Shown here: piece after piece, positions 40,435 to 52,229 of the stretch | How positions within the stretch are numbered: the stretch's first letter is position 1 | Layout of the letters: each line of letters starts with the position of its first letter | DNA from: Octopus vulgaris | Lineage: Eukaryota | DNA length: 64,000 nt | Assembly (NCBI GenBank): GCA_951406725.2 | Contig: OX597816.1 | Coordinates: 155,744,001 to 155,808,000 of the forward strand | Direction of reading: 5' to 3' | Made by a program: the position numbers and the translations under genes | The notes under the pieces: model-generated | What the model saw: only the letters and a program-made list of their open reading frames with translations | Told to the model about the DNA's origin: nothing | Database searches by the model: none

Positions 40435-41832
40435 AAAGTGTATGTATGCTGCTATATATATATATATATAAATACAAAATGGGACAAGAACACAAAACAT
40501 CCAGATGGATGAGACAAAGAAAACAAGGATGGGTCATTTGGAGTTTTCTTTCCTCAGTCAAGTTCCAGATTATCTTTGCAATTTCAGCTGGTTATACTTG
40601 AGATTGCTTCAAGGAAAAAACTAAGCTAAGAGCATTAGATTCCTTGAAAGAAAGTAGCAAATGTATATGAAAACAAAGACTGAAAAAATGGAGAATGTTA
40701 CACAAATACTAATAACAGGACATAACAGGTATCATTGGACTATGGATGAATTAAATTAAGCTGGCGTGTGTGGAAATAACAGATGATGGATAATTGTTTG
40801 CTCATTACAGCTGTTTCTTACGCATTTTTTAATAGAAGAATGAGAACATTACTTCATTGCAACGAAGAAAGTCTGTTGAGGCTTCCTTGACAGTCTTCAA
40901 CCATGTCCCTGATGTCTTCTTGGGATATTCTTTTGTTTTTGAAATGATGTTTCATCAGAGGATTACGTTTTTTTGCAATGAAGTTATTATTCATTTGATT
41001 ATAATACATCATAGGGATTTATGACATGTTGGGCACCCTGAGGTATACCAGCAACCTACAATCAACATAATGTGTGCTGTGGACCAGTCCCTAGGCACTA
41101 AATACTCATAGCGTTGGTTTTCTTTGTGTACACAATCTGAATATCCTATTTGATATTTATCAACCATAGGCAGTGACCACAGGTTTATCCAGCCCTACCT
41201 GGTGCATTTCTTTTCAAGTACCTAATTCTATTTGCATCATCACCATCTTATTATCATTATTATTATAATTATTATTATTATTATTATTATATATCATTAT
41301 ATACATAGGCATAGGAGTGGCTGTGTGGTAAGAAGCTTGCTTATGAACCACATGGTTCCGGGTGCAGTCCCACTATGTGGCACATTGGGCAAGTGTCTTC
41401 TACTATAGCCTTGGGCTGACCAAAGCCTTGTGAATGGATTTGGTAGCCGGAAACTGAAAGAAGCCTATTGTATACATGCATATATATATATGTGTGTATA
41501 TATGTTTTTGTGTCTGTGTTTTTTTCCCACCAACATCGCTTGATAACCAATGCTGGTGTGTTTACATCCTCGTAACTTAGTGGATCAGCAAAAGAGACCA
41601 ATAGAATAAGTACTAGGCGTACAATAAATAAAATCCTGGGGTCGATTTTCCCAACTAAAGGCAGTGCTCCAGCATGGCCACAGTCAAATGGCTAAAACAA
41701 GTAAAAGAGTAAATGAGTAAAAGAGTTCATCTTAATTCTAATTTTTATTGGACACAGGGGTATCTCTCTTCAATTATGCAACTAATCGTATCAAATCAAC
41801 AGAAAACATCACTATTCTTTCATGTATTTCAG

Positions 41833-41978
41833 AGAAAAACAAAAGCACCCATTTGTGTTTCAAGTAGATGGTGGAACAATGATTAAAGGATGGCAGCTTG
41901 GTTTGAAAGGTGCTTGTCTTGGTGAAACACGAAAGCTAATTATCCCTCCAAAATATGGGTTTGGTGAATATGGAAACC
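41833..41978 (+). CDS. FKBP14: FKBP14-like coding exon 2 (FKBP domain core)
   Basis: tttcag acceptor with matching phase (TC+A=Ser). EKQKHPFVFQVDGGTMIKGWQLGLKGACLGETRKLIIPPKYGFGEYGN. Donor GTAAGT at 41979, phase 1. Confidence 0.95.
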
Positions 41979-42389
41979 GTAAGTATTTTCTTCTATCATC
42001 AATTAATCTAATTAAATTACAAAAAAAAAAGGAGAAAATGTGATTTAGGTGTAACATCGATTTTCTTCTAGTATTAAGAAAATATAAATGATGATATTAT
42101 AGCCTGATAAAGCATCAGATTCTGTTTATGCATAATGTGATAAAGTGTTCCCATCAAGGATGCAAAATAATGACAATGGTAAAATGTGCATTAGGAAAAA
42201 TGGCATAAACTACATCTTGCATTTATCATACATTTTCGTTTACTTTTTCTGAGTTTTTTACTGATGATACTTCTAAGTAAAGCAGTAAACAAACTGCCAT
42301 ACTGGAAGTTGATTGGATGATGATACTCTGTGTGGAACTCTAAACTCAATAGTTGTACATCTAACTGTATACACAAGAAATACTATACA

Positions 42390-42500
42390 TACATATACAT
42401 ATATTCCTCCTGATGTTCCCCTCACTGAAGTGGAGCTCTCTCTTCTCAGTAAGGGTCTGTACTTCATATCCCTCACTTCATCCATAGATTCTATCACACT
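42390..42500 (+). mobile_element. Penelope-like ORF N-terminal fragment
   Basis: LTEVELSLLSKGLYF resembles the PLE L..E..LL.KGLNF motif. Confidence 0.45.
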
Positions 42501-43026
42501 TTTAAATTCTTCCACAGGTCCAAATGCAAACAAAATCAACACACATAACACATCTATCTGCAGTTGTTACAATCATCATCATCATCATCATCATTTAGTG
42601 TCTGCTTTCCATGCTAGCATGGGTTGGACGGTTCAACTGGGGTCTGTGAAGCTGGAAGGCTTCGTCAGGCCCAGTCAGATCTGGCAGTGTTTCTACGGCT
42701 GGATGCCCTTCCTAACGCCAACCACTCCGTGAATGTAGTGGGTGTTTTTTACGTGCCACCTGCACAGGTGCCAGACAGAGCTGGCAAACGGCCATGAACA
42801 GATGGTGCTTTTACGTGTCACCGGCACGGGGCCAGGCGATGCTGGCAACGGACATGAACGGATGGTGCTTTTACGTGCCACCGACACGGGGCCAGACAAT
42901 GTATGTATATGTGTGTATGTGAGTATATATATGTATATATGTGCGCTTATGTGTGTGTATGTATGTGTGTATATGCGTGTGTATGCATGTATATATGTAT
43001 GAGTGTGTATGTATATATATATATAT

Positions 43027-43229
43027 ACATTTCTTTATATAATTAGGGTTCATCAAAAAAAATTGCTTTACCACACACCGAACTTTTAGAAATAGCAGCC
43101 AAAGAATTTAGTTATTTCCTCTACTTCTTATAGTAGAGGAAATAGCTAAATTTTTTGGCTGGTATTTCTAAAAGTTCGGTGTGTGGTAAAGCAATTTTTT
43201 TGCTGAACCCTAATTATATAAAGTAATGT
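43027..43229. repeat. ~200-bp palindrome
   Basis: ctttatataattagggttca..ctctact / agtagagg..tgaaccctaattatataaag. Confidence 0.92.
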
Positions 43230-43349
43230 TTATATTTACTGTAAATGATCCTTTTACATACTGAACACTGCTTGGAAAATTATTTATTACTAATTAATTA
43301 ATTAATTTTACCCTTATTATAATTGACAATATAATTCTCTCCCTATATA

Positions 43350-43895
43350 TATATGTAGAAGAAGAATGTTTATAATTATGAAATTATGAACAAGTCACAA
43401 TTATAATTAAGAGGGTTTCTAAACTCTTACATGTTTAGAAACAGCAGTCAAAACTGCTATAAAGCCATTTAACTCATATTATCTCTCTTCACAATAAAAG
43501 CTGTTTGTGGGTGACAAGACAAATAGAATCTACAACTTAAAAATAACTGGTTAATTCCCTATTGCAATTTTGATGTTAGGAACCTATCAAAGGACCCATT
43601 CGTCTCATCAGGGGAATATTCTTGTAAATAGAAATCAAAACAAAACCTTACCTTGGAGCTAACATGTATCCTGACTGGTGAGAGAAATCTGTCAACCTCT
43701 ATCTACATATTCAAGTTATGAATTCAAATGCCACCCCAAAGTTTATGACAAAAGACCTGTAAATTCGAACCACCACAAAATCACCAGTTTAATAGTGGCT
43801 TTGACTGCTATTTCTAAACATATAAGGGTTTTGAAACACTCTTATAATTGTGACTTGTTCATAATTATAAACATTTATCTTCTATGTATCTTATA
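43350..43895. repeat. ~110-bp inverted arms around a ~320-bp spacer
   Basis: attatgaacaagtcacaattataa..tttagaaacagcagtcaaa / tttgactgctatttctaaa..ttataattgtgacttgttcataat. Confidence 0.8.
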
Positions 43896-44079
43896 ACATG
43901 TTTGGCCATTGATATATTCATAAATAATTATTAATTGTTTATAATATATCCTCCATAATGTATCTTTACATTATTTTTTAATTTATATATATATATATAT
44001 ATATATTATATTTTGTGAAATTTGATTTAGTATTTCTAAATTGAATTTTTCCCTGCAAGTTTGGAATAATATTCCCTCA

Positions 44080-44370
44080 CATTATTATTATTATTCTATG
44101 TTGACTTTTGCTTTACATTTGTACAAGTTGGCTCCAAGTCTCACCCAGAGACCTCAAGAGATGACAAGTTGGAAGTTTCTGCTGGTGTTATGCCTTGGGT
44201 GCCATATATTTGGTTTTGTACTTAGTGTTGTACTAGTGAATGTCTAAAAAACCATATGAAAATTATGTTTGTTTTAAAACTTGAGATTACATAGAAAGTA
44301 TTTTGCATAGGATATGAGCAGTTCCCATGAGCACTACCTTTTGAATTTCTGCCATTTTGGGGTTTCATGG
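44080..44370 (-). mobile_element. R4/Dong-like 3' terminal fragment in TAA repeats
   Basis: Minus strand reads MAEIQKVVLMGTAHILCKILSM*; (TTA)n on both sides. Confidence 0.65.
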
Positions 44371-44389
44371 TATATGAGTTAGGTAGCAA

Positions 44390-44454
<65 letters not shown>

Positions 44455-44621
44455 TATTTTCTCACCTTGTTTCTCTCCTTGTTTTTTTCTGTGTCCCTTT
44501 CTGTAGAAGAGCGTAGGCTCAAAATGTAAAAGACTTTTCTATTCCTGAGCGTTATACTAATACATCTGTTTCTTTTGTACACCACCTATCTTCGTCTTTA
44601 GTTTTTTATGTAAAATCTCCC

Positions 44622-44666
<45 letters not shown>

Positions 44667-45036
44667 ATGTATATATATATATATGTGTGTGTGTGTGCGT
44701 GTGTTTTTAGTTTTTAGGTTTTACGTTTTATTTTTCTTAGTTTGTAATTTTACATTTTAAGTTTTTAATTTTAATTTTAACTTCAATTTTTAATCCTTTA
44801 TCTGATTTCATTTAATAGGATTTTAACTAAGGATCTGTACTGTCAAGGAAATACTAACCAACATCCATATCCTCTGGAAAATGGTCAATTGGGAACATTA
44901 TTCTGCCTATATTCTTCTAACTACTTTCAGACTTTATTCTTCTATTTACTCTTATTCTTCTATTTTATTCCTTATAAACTGTGAATTTTTATTCCTTGTA
45001 AACTGTAAATTTTTCCTGTCTAAATATTCATACCTT

Positions 45037-45111
45037 GTCTCTGATGATGGAATGCCATTGCATAGAAATACTAACCTACCACTTGGTTTATCCCAGAAAT
45101 GGTTGTAAGAT
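45037..45111 (+). ncRNA. Hammerhead-like motif
   Basis: gtct-CTGATGA-tggaatgcca..tggtttatccca-GAAA-tggtt-GTA-agat. Confidence 0.55.
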
Positions 45112-45315
45112 TTCAAATTCACTTTACCTTATCAAATTATTCTAAATGACTTGAGATACTTGTTCTGCATTGGTTTTGATTTTTCCTCTTATATAATATA
45201 TACCTTCTATAACAGAACCCTAATACGGATCACTAGAACTAGCTTTAGCTTTGATCTTGGAACTTAATGGTCAACGAACTATAGCACTTACTCAGTGTAC
45301 CTATCTGTTTAGATA

Positions 45316-45764
45316 AGGGGTCACCAAACTTTTTTCATAGTGGGCCAGATATAGCTAAAACAATTCCAAGCACAGGCCGAATAAATATTTTGTTTAATTC
45401 AGCACAATATAGAATACATTGAATGTACACAAAAAATAAAGACAGTAATCCTATTTATTTATCAATACATAAAATACACAAAATAATAAAAACAATAAAC
45501 ATATTTTAATAATACCAAAATATTACCAAGTTAGAATTTTTAGAAAAAGTGTGTACATAGCTGAATTGCATAAAAAAATATGCAGCACGAAAGTTAATGA
45601 GATTTGTGAAACTGGCGTTTTGATTCTAAAATATCAACATTTGCTTTATGATTGCTGCAGTGAACCATAAGAATTGCTTTCAAATGTTCATCAGTGAGCC
45701 TTGTGCGATGTATTGACTTCACACACTTCATTTTTGAAAAAGTTTGCTCACAAACATAATTTGT
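45316..45764 (-). mobile_element. hAT (Charlie/Buster-type) transposon 3' end
   Basis: TNYVCEQTFSKMK..KS..RTRLTDEHL..RQFHKSH dimerisation domain; TIR-like aggggtcaccaaactttt at 45316. Confidence 0.8.
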
Positions 45765-48700
45765 TTTTACATGCCACCAGCACGGGGGCCAGTCAGGGGG
45801 TACTGGCAATGACCTCGCTCAAATCTTTTTACATGTGCCACCGGCACAGGTGCCAGTGAAGCGACGTTGGTAATGATCACGCTCGAATGGTGCCCTTTTA
45901 CGTGCCATGGATACGGAAGCCAGTTGGCTGCTCTGGCAATGATCATGCTTGGGTGGTGCTCTTAGCACCCTACTAGCACAGGCATGAGTGCCAGTAAGGT
46001 GATGCTGGTAATGATCATACTCGAATAGCTGGTCTGTCAACGATCACACTCGTATGGTTCTCTTTGCACCCCGCTAGCACAGATGCCAGTCATCGAATTG
46101 ATTTTGATTTGATTTCGATTTCACTTGCCTCAACAGGTCTTTGCAAGCAGAGTTTAGTGACCAAAGAAGGAAAAGGTATGCATAAGCGGGGTGGTTACGC
46201 TCCTGGCATAGGCCACAGGTTATGGTCTCATTTGGCTTGCTGGGTCTTCTCGAGCACAGCATATTTCCAAAAGTCTCAGTCGCTAGTCATTTCCTTGGTG
46301 AAGCCTAATGTTTGAAGGTCGTGCTTCACCATTTCATCCCAGGTCTTCCTGGGTCTACTTCTTCCACAGGTTCCCTCAACTGCTAGGGTGTAGCACTTTT
46401 TCACACAGCTATCCTCATCCATTCTTGCCACATGACCATACCAGCGCAAACGTCTCTCTTGCACACCATAACTGATGCTTCTTAGGTCCAACTTTTCTCT
46501 CAAGGTACTTACATATCCATCGGATCATACTGGCTTCATTCCTTGTGAGCTTACGCATGTTCTCAGCAGTCACAGCCCACGTTTCACTGCCATGTAGCAT
46601 GGCTGTTCGTACACATGCAACATACAGTCTACCTTTTACTCTGAGCGAGAGGCCCTTTGTCACCAGCAGAGATAAGAGCTCTCTGAACTTTGCCCAAGCT
46701 ATTCTTATTCTAGCAGCTACACTTTCAGTGCACCCTCCTTTGCTACTGACTTGGTCACCTAGATAACAGAAGCTATCAACTACGTCTAGTTTTTCTCCCT
46801 GGAATGTGGCGGAAGTTGGTCTCTGCGAATTTTCAGTGTTTATCGCTCCCGAGCATCTGCCACATACAAAAACTATCTTCCCAGTTAGCCTTCCTTTGAT
46901 ATTACTGCACCTCTTATGTGTCCATAGCTTACACTGGGTACATCTTATAGAGTTTCTACCTACACCTCTACTGCAGATCGAGCAGGGCCATCTACCTGAA
47001 GGGATTTGTGGTTTGCCTGCCTTCCTACTTATTAGGACTTTGGTTTTAGCTAGGTTGATTTTAAGGCCCTTTGATTCTAATCCTTGTTTCCACGCTTGAA
47101 ACTTCTACTCTAGTTCTGATAGTGACTCAGCAATTAGAGCAAGGTCATCAGCATAGAGGAGCTCCCAGGGGCATCCTGTCTTGTATTCCTCCGTTATTGC
47201 CTGGAGGACTATAATAAATAGGAGGGGGCTGAGGACTGAACCCTGGTGGACCCCAACCTCTACCTTGAATTCTTCAGTGTACTCATTGCCAACCCTCACC
47301 TTACTTACAGCGTCCCTGTACATGGCTTGCTGAGCTCTCACTAACCATTCATCTATCCCTAGTTCTCTCATTGACCACCAGATAAGGGATCGGGAGACCC
47401 TGTCAAAGGCTTTCTCCATGTCAACGAAAGCCAGGTATAGGGGCTTATCTTTAGCTAAGTATTTCTCCTGCAGCTGTCTCACCAGAAATATGGCATCAGT
47501 GGTGCTTTTCCCTGGCACAAAACCAAACTGCATCTCATCCAAGTTGACTCTCTCCCTAATCAGTTGGGCTATGACCCTCTCCGTAACCTTCATTACCTGA
47601 TCCAACGGCTTGATACCTCTGTAATTATTTGTATCTAAGGCATCACCTTTACCTTTGTAGCAGTTGACTATTATGCTGCTACACCATTCATTGGGTATGA
47701 CTCCTTCGTGTATCACCTGGTTAACTATACGGGTGACTAGGCTATAGCTGACACTACCAGATATTTTGAGTATCTCTGCAGTAATTCCTGATGGGCCTGG
47801 GGCTTTCTCTGTTTTCATGTTTCTAATTGCCTTAACTACCAAGGAACTGTCAACTCGGATAGCTGGTCCCTCTGTTGGGTCGACATTCGGCAGATTCTCT
47901 TTCTCCCATTCATTTTCTTTATTCAGCAACCTTTCATAGTGGCATCTCCAAACCTCTCTCTTTGCATCCTCATTTAGTGCAAGTGAACCATAATCCATGT
48001 GAACACATTTCTCTCCTACCACATCACGATTCTTTCTCACACACTGTCTTGCAACACGAAATACCTCAAGTCTTTGGTCCTCACAGCACAGAACATTGGC
48101 GAATTTTTTCTTATCTGCTTCCCTTCTGGCTAAATAAACTTGCCTTCTGGCAGTCTGATACACTTCCCTGCTACTACCGTTCTCCCAGTCCTTCCAAGCC
48201 TGTTTCTTTTGACTAATAGCCTTGTCAACAACATTGTTCCACCACCAAGTTATTTGGGGTTGAGAGGGAGCTTTGCACCATCCACAGAGCTGGTCGGTGG
48301 CCCTTAACAGGTTGTCCCGTAGGAACCTCCAGTTATCTTCTATACCATGTGAAGCTATATCCCCTTCTATTTCGTCAAAGGCTCCGAGTAATATGCCTCT
48401 AAATCTCTGTCCATTAGCAGGATCTTTAAGTCTCCAGACCCATCTTCTCCTTGCGGGTTGTCTTCTGGGCATCCATTTAGCCCTGATCCTGAAGTCACTA
48501 ACTACCAGTCTATGTTGCGGGGTACATTCTTTGCCAGGGAAGGTTTTGGCATTTATAAGCAGCCATATTTCCCTTTTTCTGGTGAGGATGTAGTCAATCT
48601 GACTGGTGTGTCTGCCAGATCGGTAGGTGACTAGGTAGCTGGCAGGTTTTCTGAAGTTAGTATTGCAAACCATAAGATCATTTGCGTCACAGAACTCTAG

Positions 48701-48932
48701 CAGCCTGGTTCCCTCCTCATTGCGAGAGCCAAAACTGTAGCCTCCATGGAAGCCCCCGACATGTTGTCCAACATGTCCATTGAAGTCAGCAGCCACAAAG
48801 GGAAGGTCCCTGTCATTTGTCAATGTGGTAGTCTGCAAGCGGGTGTCATAGAATTGGTCTTTCTGTCCATCGGGTAGCCATGGCTGAGGGGCATAGGCCA
48901 AGATAATGGTTGCTAACCCATGATGGAGCACT
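45765..48932 (-). mobile_element. RTE-clade LINE, 5'-truncated in the APE endonuclease, near-complete ORF2 pseudogene, in FKBP intron 2
   Basis: APE motifs AYAPQ, DFNGHVG, SQIDYIL, QHRLVV; RT motifs NYRGI, QFGF, FVDMEKAFDRV, GVHQGSVLSP, LLYADD. Premature TAG at 47105, C4HC3 finger, small deletion near 46510. Terminal tail missing. Confidence 0.95.
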
Positions 48933-50224
48933 ATATATATATACATATTGTGTGTGTGTTTGTGTGTGTCTGTATTCACCATCACTTGACAACTGATGTT
49001 GATGTATTTATGTCCCTGTAACTTAGCAGTTCAGCGAAAGAGACCGATAGAATAAGTACTAGTCTTACAAAGAATATGTCAAGGGGTTGAGTCCTTCAAA
49101 TTAAGGCAGTGCTCCAGCATGACCACAGTCAAATGACTGAAACAAGTAAGAGAATAAAAGAAAATAGGATAAACCTGTCTATGTAAATGGAGAAGCGGTA
49201 CACACAGCTTGGAGTAATATTAGAAAACATGGATTTATAAACTGCTGTACAAAATTAGCTTCAACTGTGATTACATTAGTTTTATTTTTTAAAATCTTTC
49301 TTTTAATTACTCTTTTACTCTCTTTTACTTGTTTCAGTCATTTGACTGCGGCCATGCTAGAGCACCACCTTTAGTCGAGCAAATCGACCCCAGGACTTAT
49401 TCTTTGTAAGCCCAGGACTTATTCTTTGTAAGCCCAGTACTTATTCTATCGGTCTCTTTTGCCGAACCGCTAAGTGACAGGGACGTAAACACACCAGCAT
49501 CGGTTGTCAAGCAATGCTAGGGGGACAAACACAGACACAAACATACACACACACATACATATATATATATACATATATGCGACAGGCTTCTTTCAGTTTC
49601 CGTCTACCAAATCCACTCACAAGGCATTTGTCAGCCCGGGGCTATAGCAGAAGACACTTGCCCAAGATGCCATGCAGTGGGACTGAACCCGGAACCATGT
49701 GGTTGGTTAGCAAGCTACTTACCATACAGCCACTCCTGCACCTTTCTTTTCTATTATTTATTTGCAAAAAAAATCATTGGTAAAATGCTCTTCAGTGAAA
49801 GGGACTGAGCTGAGAACGATTGATTTACAAGAAATCTTTTTTTCCTCAAAGAATGGAAGTCATATACTTTGGATCATTTTAATCTTTTTTTCAATCACCA
49901 GAAGCTTTTCAGATTTTCTACACTGATTTGGCTTTGCATGGTGATGACACAAACTACATTAATTTTCTATAGAAATTAGTAATTAAAAAGTTATAACTCT
50001 TTAGAGTTATGCAATTTTTGTTGATTAGAAGCATGCATTGTTGACACACTGGAAGTTACAAAATACTTAAGTGTAGAAAACCTGAAAAAATTCTGTCAGT
50101 TGGAAAAAATTTTAAGATATATTCCTTCCTGGCATTTATGAAGTTGTTTGAAATCTATTTTATTGAGAAATAAAGGTCACAGAAACAAAATAATATATAT
50201 TTCTTATGTGTCTGTCTTTTGTAG

Positions 50225-50355
50225 CTGTTGGAATCCCTGGGAATTCAATTGTGATATTCGATATTGAAATACTTTCTATTGATGATGGCCCAGAAATACC
50301 TGATACTTTTTCATCAATTGATTTTGATAAGGACAAACGATTGTCAAGGAAGGAG
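50225..50355 (+). CDS. FKBP14: FKBP14-like coding exon 3 (end of FKBP domain + EF-hand 1)
   Basis: ttttgtag acceptor (C+CT=Pro). PVGIPGNSIVIFDIEILSIDDGPEIPDTFSSIDFDKDKRLSRKE. Donor GTAAAT at 50356, phase 0. Not in the ORF track; read manually. Confidence 0.93.
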
Positions 50356-50372
50356 GTAAATCTAATTGCTTG

Positions 50373-50449
50373 ATGTATGTATGTATGTATGTGTGTATGT
50401 GTGCATGTGTGCATGTATGTATGTATGTATGTATGTATGTATGTATGTA

Positions 50450-50533
<84 letters not shown>

Positions 50534-50546
50534 TGTGTATGTATGT

Positions 50547-50586
<40 letters not shown>

Positions 50587-50650
50587 ATGTATGTATGTAT
50601 GTATGTATGTATGTACGTACGTATGTACTTACGTATGTATGTATGTATGT
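50373..50650. repeat. Compound (TATG)n/(TG)n microsatellite right after exon 3 (similar tracts 26030-26150, 36236-36400, 39983-40027, 40327-40470)
   Basis: Directly visible; source of spurious low-complexity ORFs. Confidence 0.95.
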
Positions 50651-50959
50651 GCATATATGTGTCTGCATGCATATATACATAAAAATATATACATTGACAC
50701 TGGTGTGCATATGTAGTTACGAAGTTGCTTCATAACCATGTGGTTTTGGATCATTTTTACTGCTTTCTACTACAGCCACAACTCACCAGTGCCCTACGGG
50801 TGAATTTGGTGAATGGAAACTTGGCAAAGACTGTTATGTGTGGGTGTGTATGTATATCTCCTCTATTTTTTATGTTTTATAAATCTTCCACTGAGGAGGG
50901 AGACAGTTTCCAACAAAGATACAAGACTCCATCTTTGGGATGTAGTTAACACAGACAAA

Positions 50960-51185
50960 TTCGCATTTGGAACTTGAGAAAAGTCTTGCATATTTTTACT
51001 GTTCCACTCACAGATTGCACTTGTAATTTACAAATTAGCTGGTTGATTTCTTTTTCTGAAAATCCAAGTTTATCCAGATTCTCCTTTAAGCATTTACTGA
51101 CAAAACCTAGCGTTCTAATCATTATTGGTATGAATATGAATTCATAGTCTAGATATAGAAGCTGGAGGTTTCAAAACAGTTGTAT
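50960..51185 (-). mobile_element. Second, diverged copy of the same REL-type C-terminal fragment
   Basis: Minus strand reads NLQLLYLDYEFIFIP..LGFVSKCLKENLDKLGFSEKE..LQVQSVSGTVKICKTFLKF. Confidence 0.65.
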
Positions 51186-51431
51186 GTATGTCATTATTCA
51201 GTTCATTTCAAGATATCTTGCGAATTGAGAAAGAACCGGTTCCTAACCTAAATCCAAGGCTCCTTCATTGGAATGTCTTCATCAACAGGGTATTTTTGTT
51301 TGTATATGTGTGTGTGTGTGTGTGTGTATGTGTGTATTTATGTATGTATGTATATATGTATGTGCAGTTTATATGTTTTACATATGTATTCTCATGCATA
51401 TAGTTGCATAGCTAGACATGCACATATATAT

Positions 51432-51650
51432 TTAAATGATAAACTTCTGGAAGGTTTTACAGATTTTTACAGTTCCAGCGATAGACTGGATCTGTAGTCT
51501 TCGAATTAGCTTTCTCCTTTCTGGTTTTGAGAAGCCTAATTTGTCAAGATTGGTATTTAGGCAGTGTGTTATATATCGCAGGGCCCCAATAATTGCAAGT
51601 ATAAACCTGAACTTGTAATCTGGATAGAGTAACTGCAGATTTCTCAATAG
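51432..51650 (-). mobile_element. REL-endonuclease non-LTR element C-terminal fragment (FKBP intron 3)
   Basis: RNLQLLYPDYKF..IIGAL..LDKLGFS..LQIQSIAGTVKICKTF. Confidence 0.65.
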
Positions 51651-51733
51651 ATGATATAATACTTACAAACTTGTTAAGAAAAGAAATGGTTGAATCTGTT
51701 TTAACTCCCTCATGTATCTTGTTTATTTGACAG

Positions 51734-51883
51734 GTTGAACGATTCTTTAAGGAGCATGTCAAAGACCATGTAGGTAAAACTCCCGCTGATTCAGCGAACC
51801 TAATGTTCATGTATGAAGACATTGATAAGGATGATTATATATCACATTTTGAATTCAACGGACCAAAACATGTCGAACTTTAA
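51734..51883 (+). CDS. FKBP14: FKBP14-like coding exon 4 (EF-hand 2 + HVEL ER-retention signal, stop)
   Basis: tttgacag acceptor. VERFFKEHVKDHVGKTPADSANLMFMYEDIDKDDYISHFEFNGPKHVEL then TAA (51881-51883). The four exons sum to 642 nt = 213 aa + stop. Confidence 0.93.
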   Translation, partial: VERFFKEHVKDHVGKTPADSANLMFMYEDIDKDDYISHFEFNGPKHVEL

Positions 51884-52101
51884 TCACCTCATTTATGGCT
51901 CAATTTCCTTATTTCATAATGAATAGATTCATTTATTGGAGAAAAGTTATGTATAATTCAACTAAGAGAAAATATTTCCCATACAAACACATATAAATTT
52001 CACATTTATTATTAAGTAACAAAGCTACGTAGAATTAAGGATGCAACTATATGTTCCTGAAACATGCACACACACACACCATATATATACCTATATGTAG
52101 G

Positions 52102-52154
<53 letters not shown>

Positions 52155-52229
52155 CAGGGACGTGTCTACCTTGGATAAAATAGATTGATAGCAACACTTT
52201 CCTTTCATGGCAAAATATGCACATAATTC

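Noticed and set aside
43652-43756. Minus-strand 105-nt exon-like segment (acag / GTAAGG)
   Set aside because: Stops in all three frames and no partner exons; it lies inside an inverted-repeat element.
47105-48985. 626-aa ORF as a host gene or active LINE
   Set aside because: 5'-truncated endonuclease, start codon borrowed from an adjacent SINE/microsatellite, premature stop after YADD, and missing tail.
50160-50735. Long ORFs rich in YI/HT/CV/MY (also 25889-26373, 36159-36425 and others)
   Set aside because: Translations of microsatellites.
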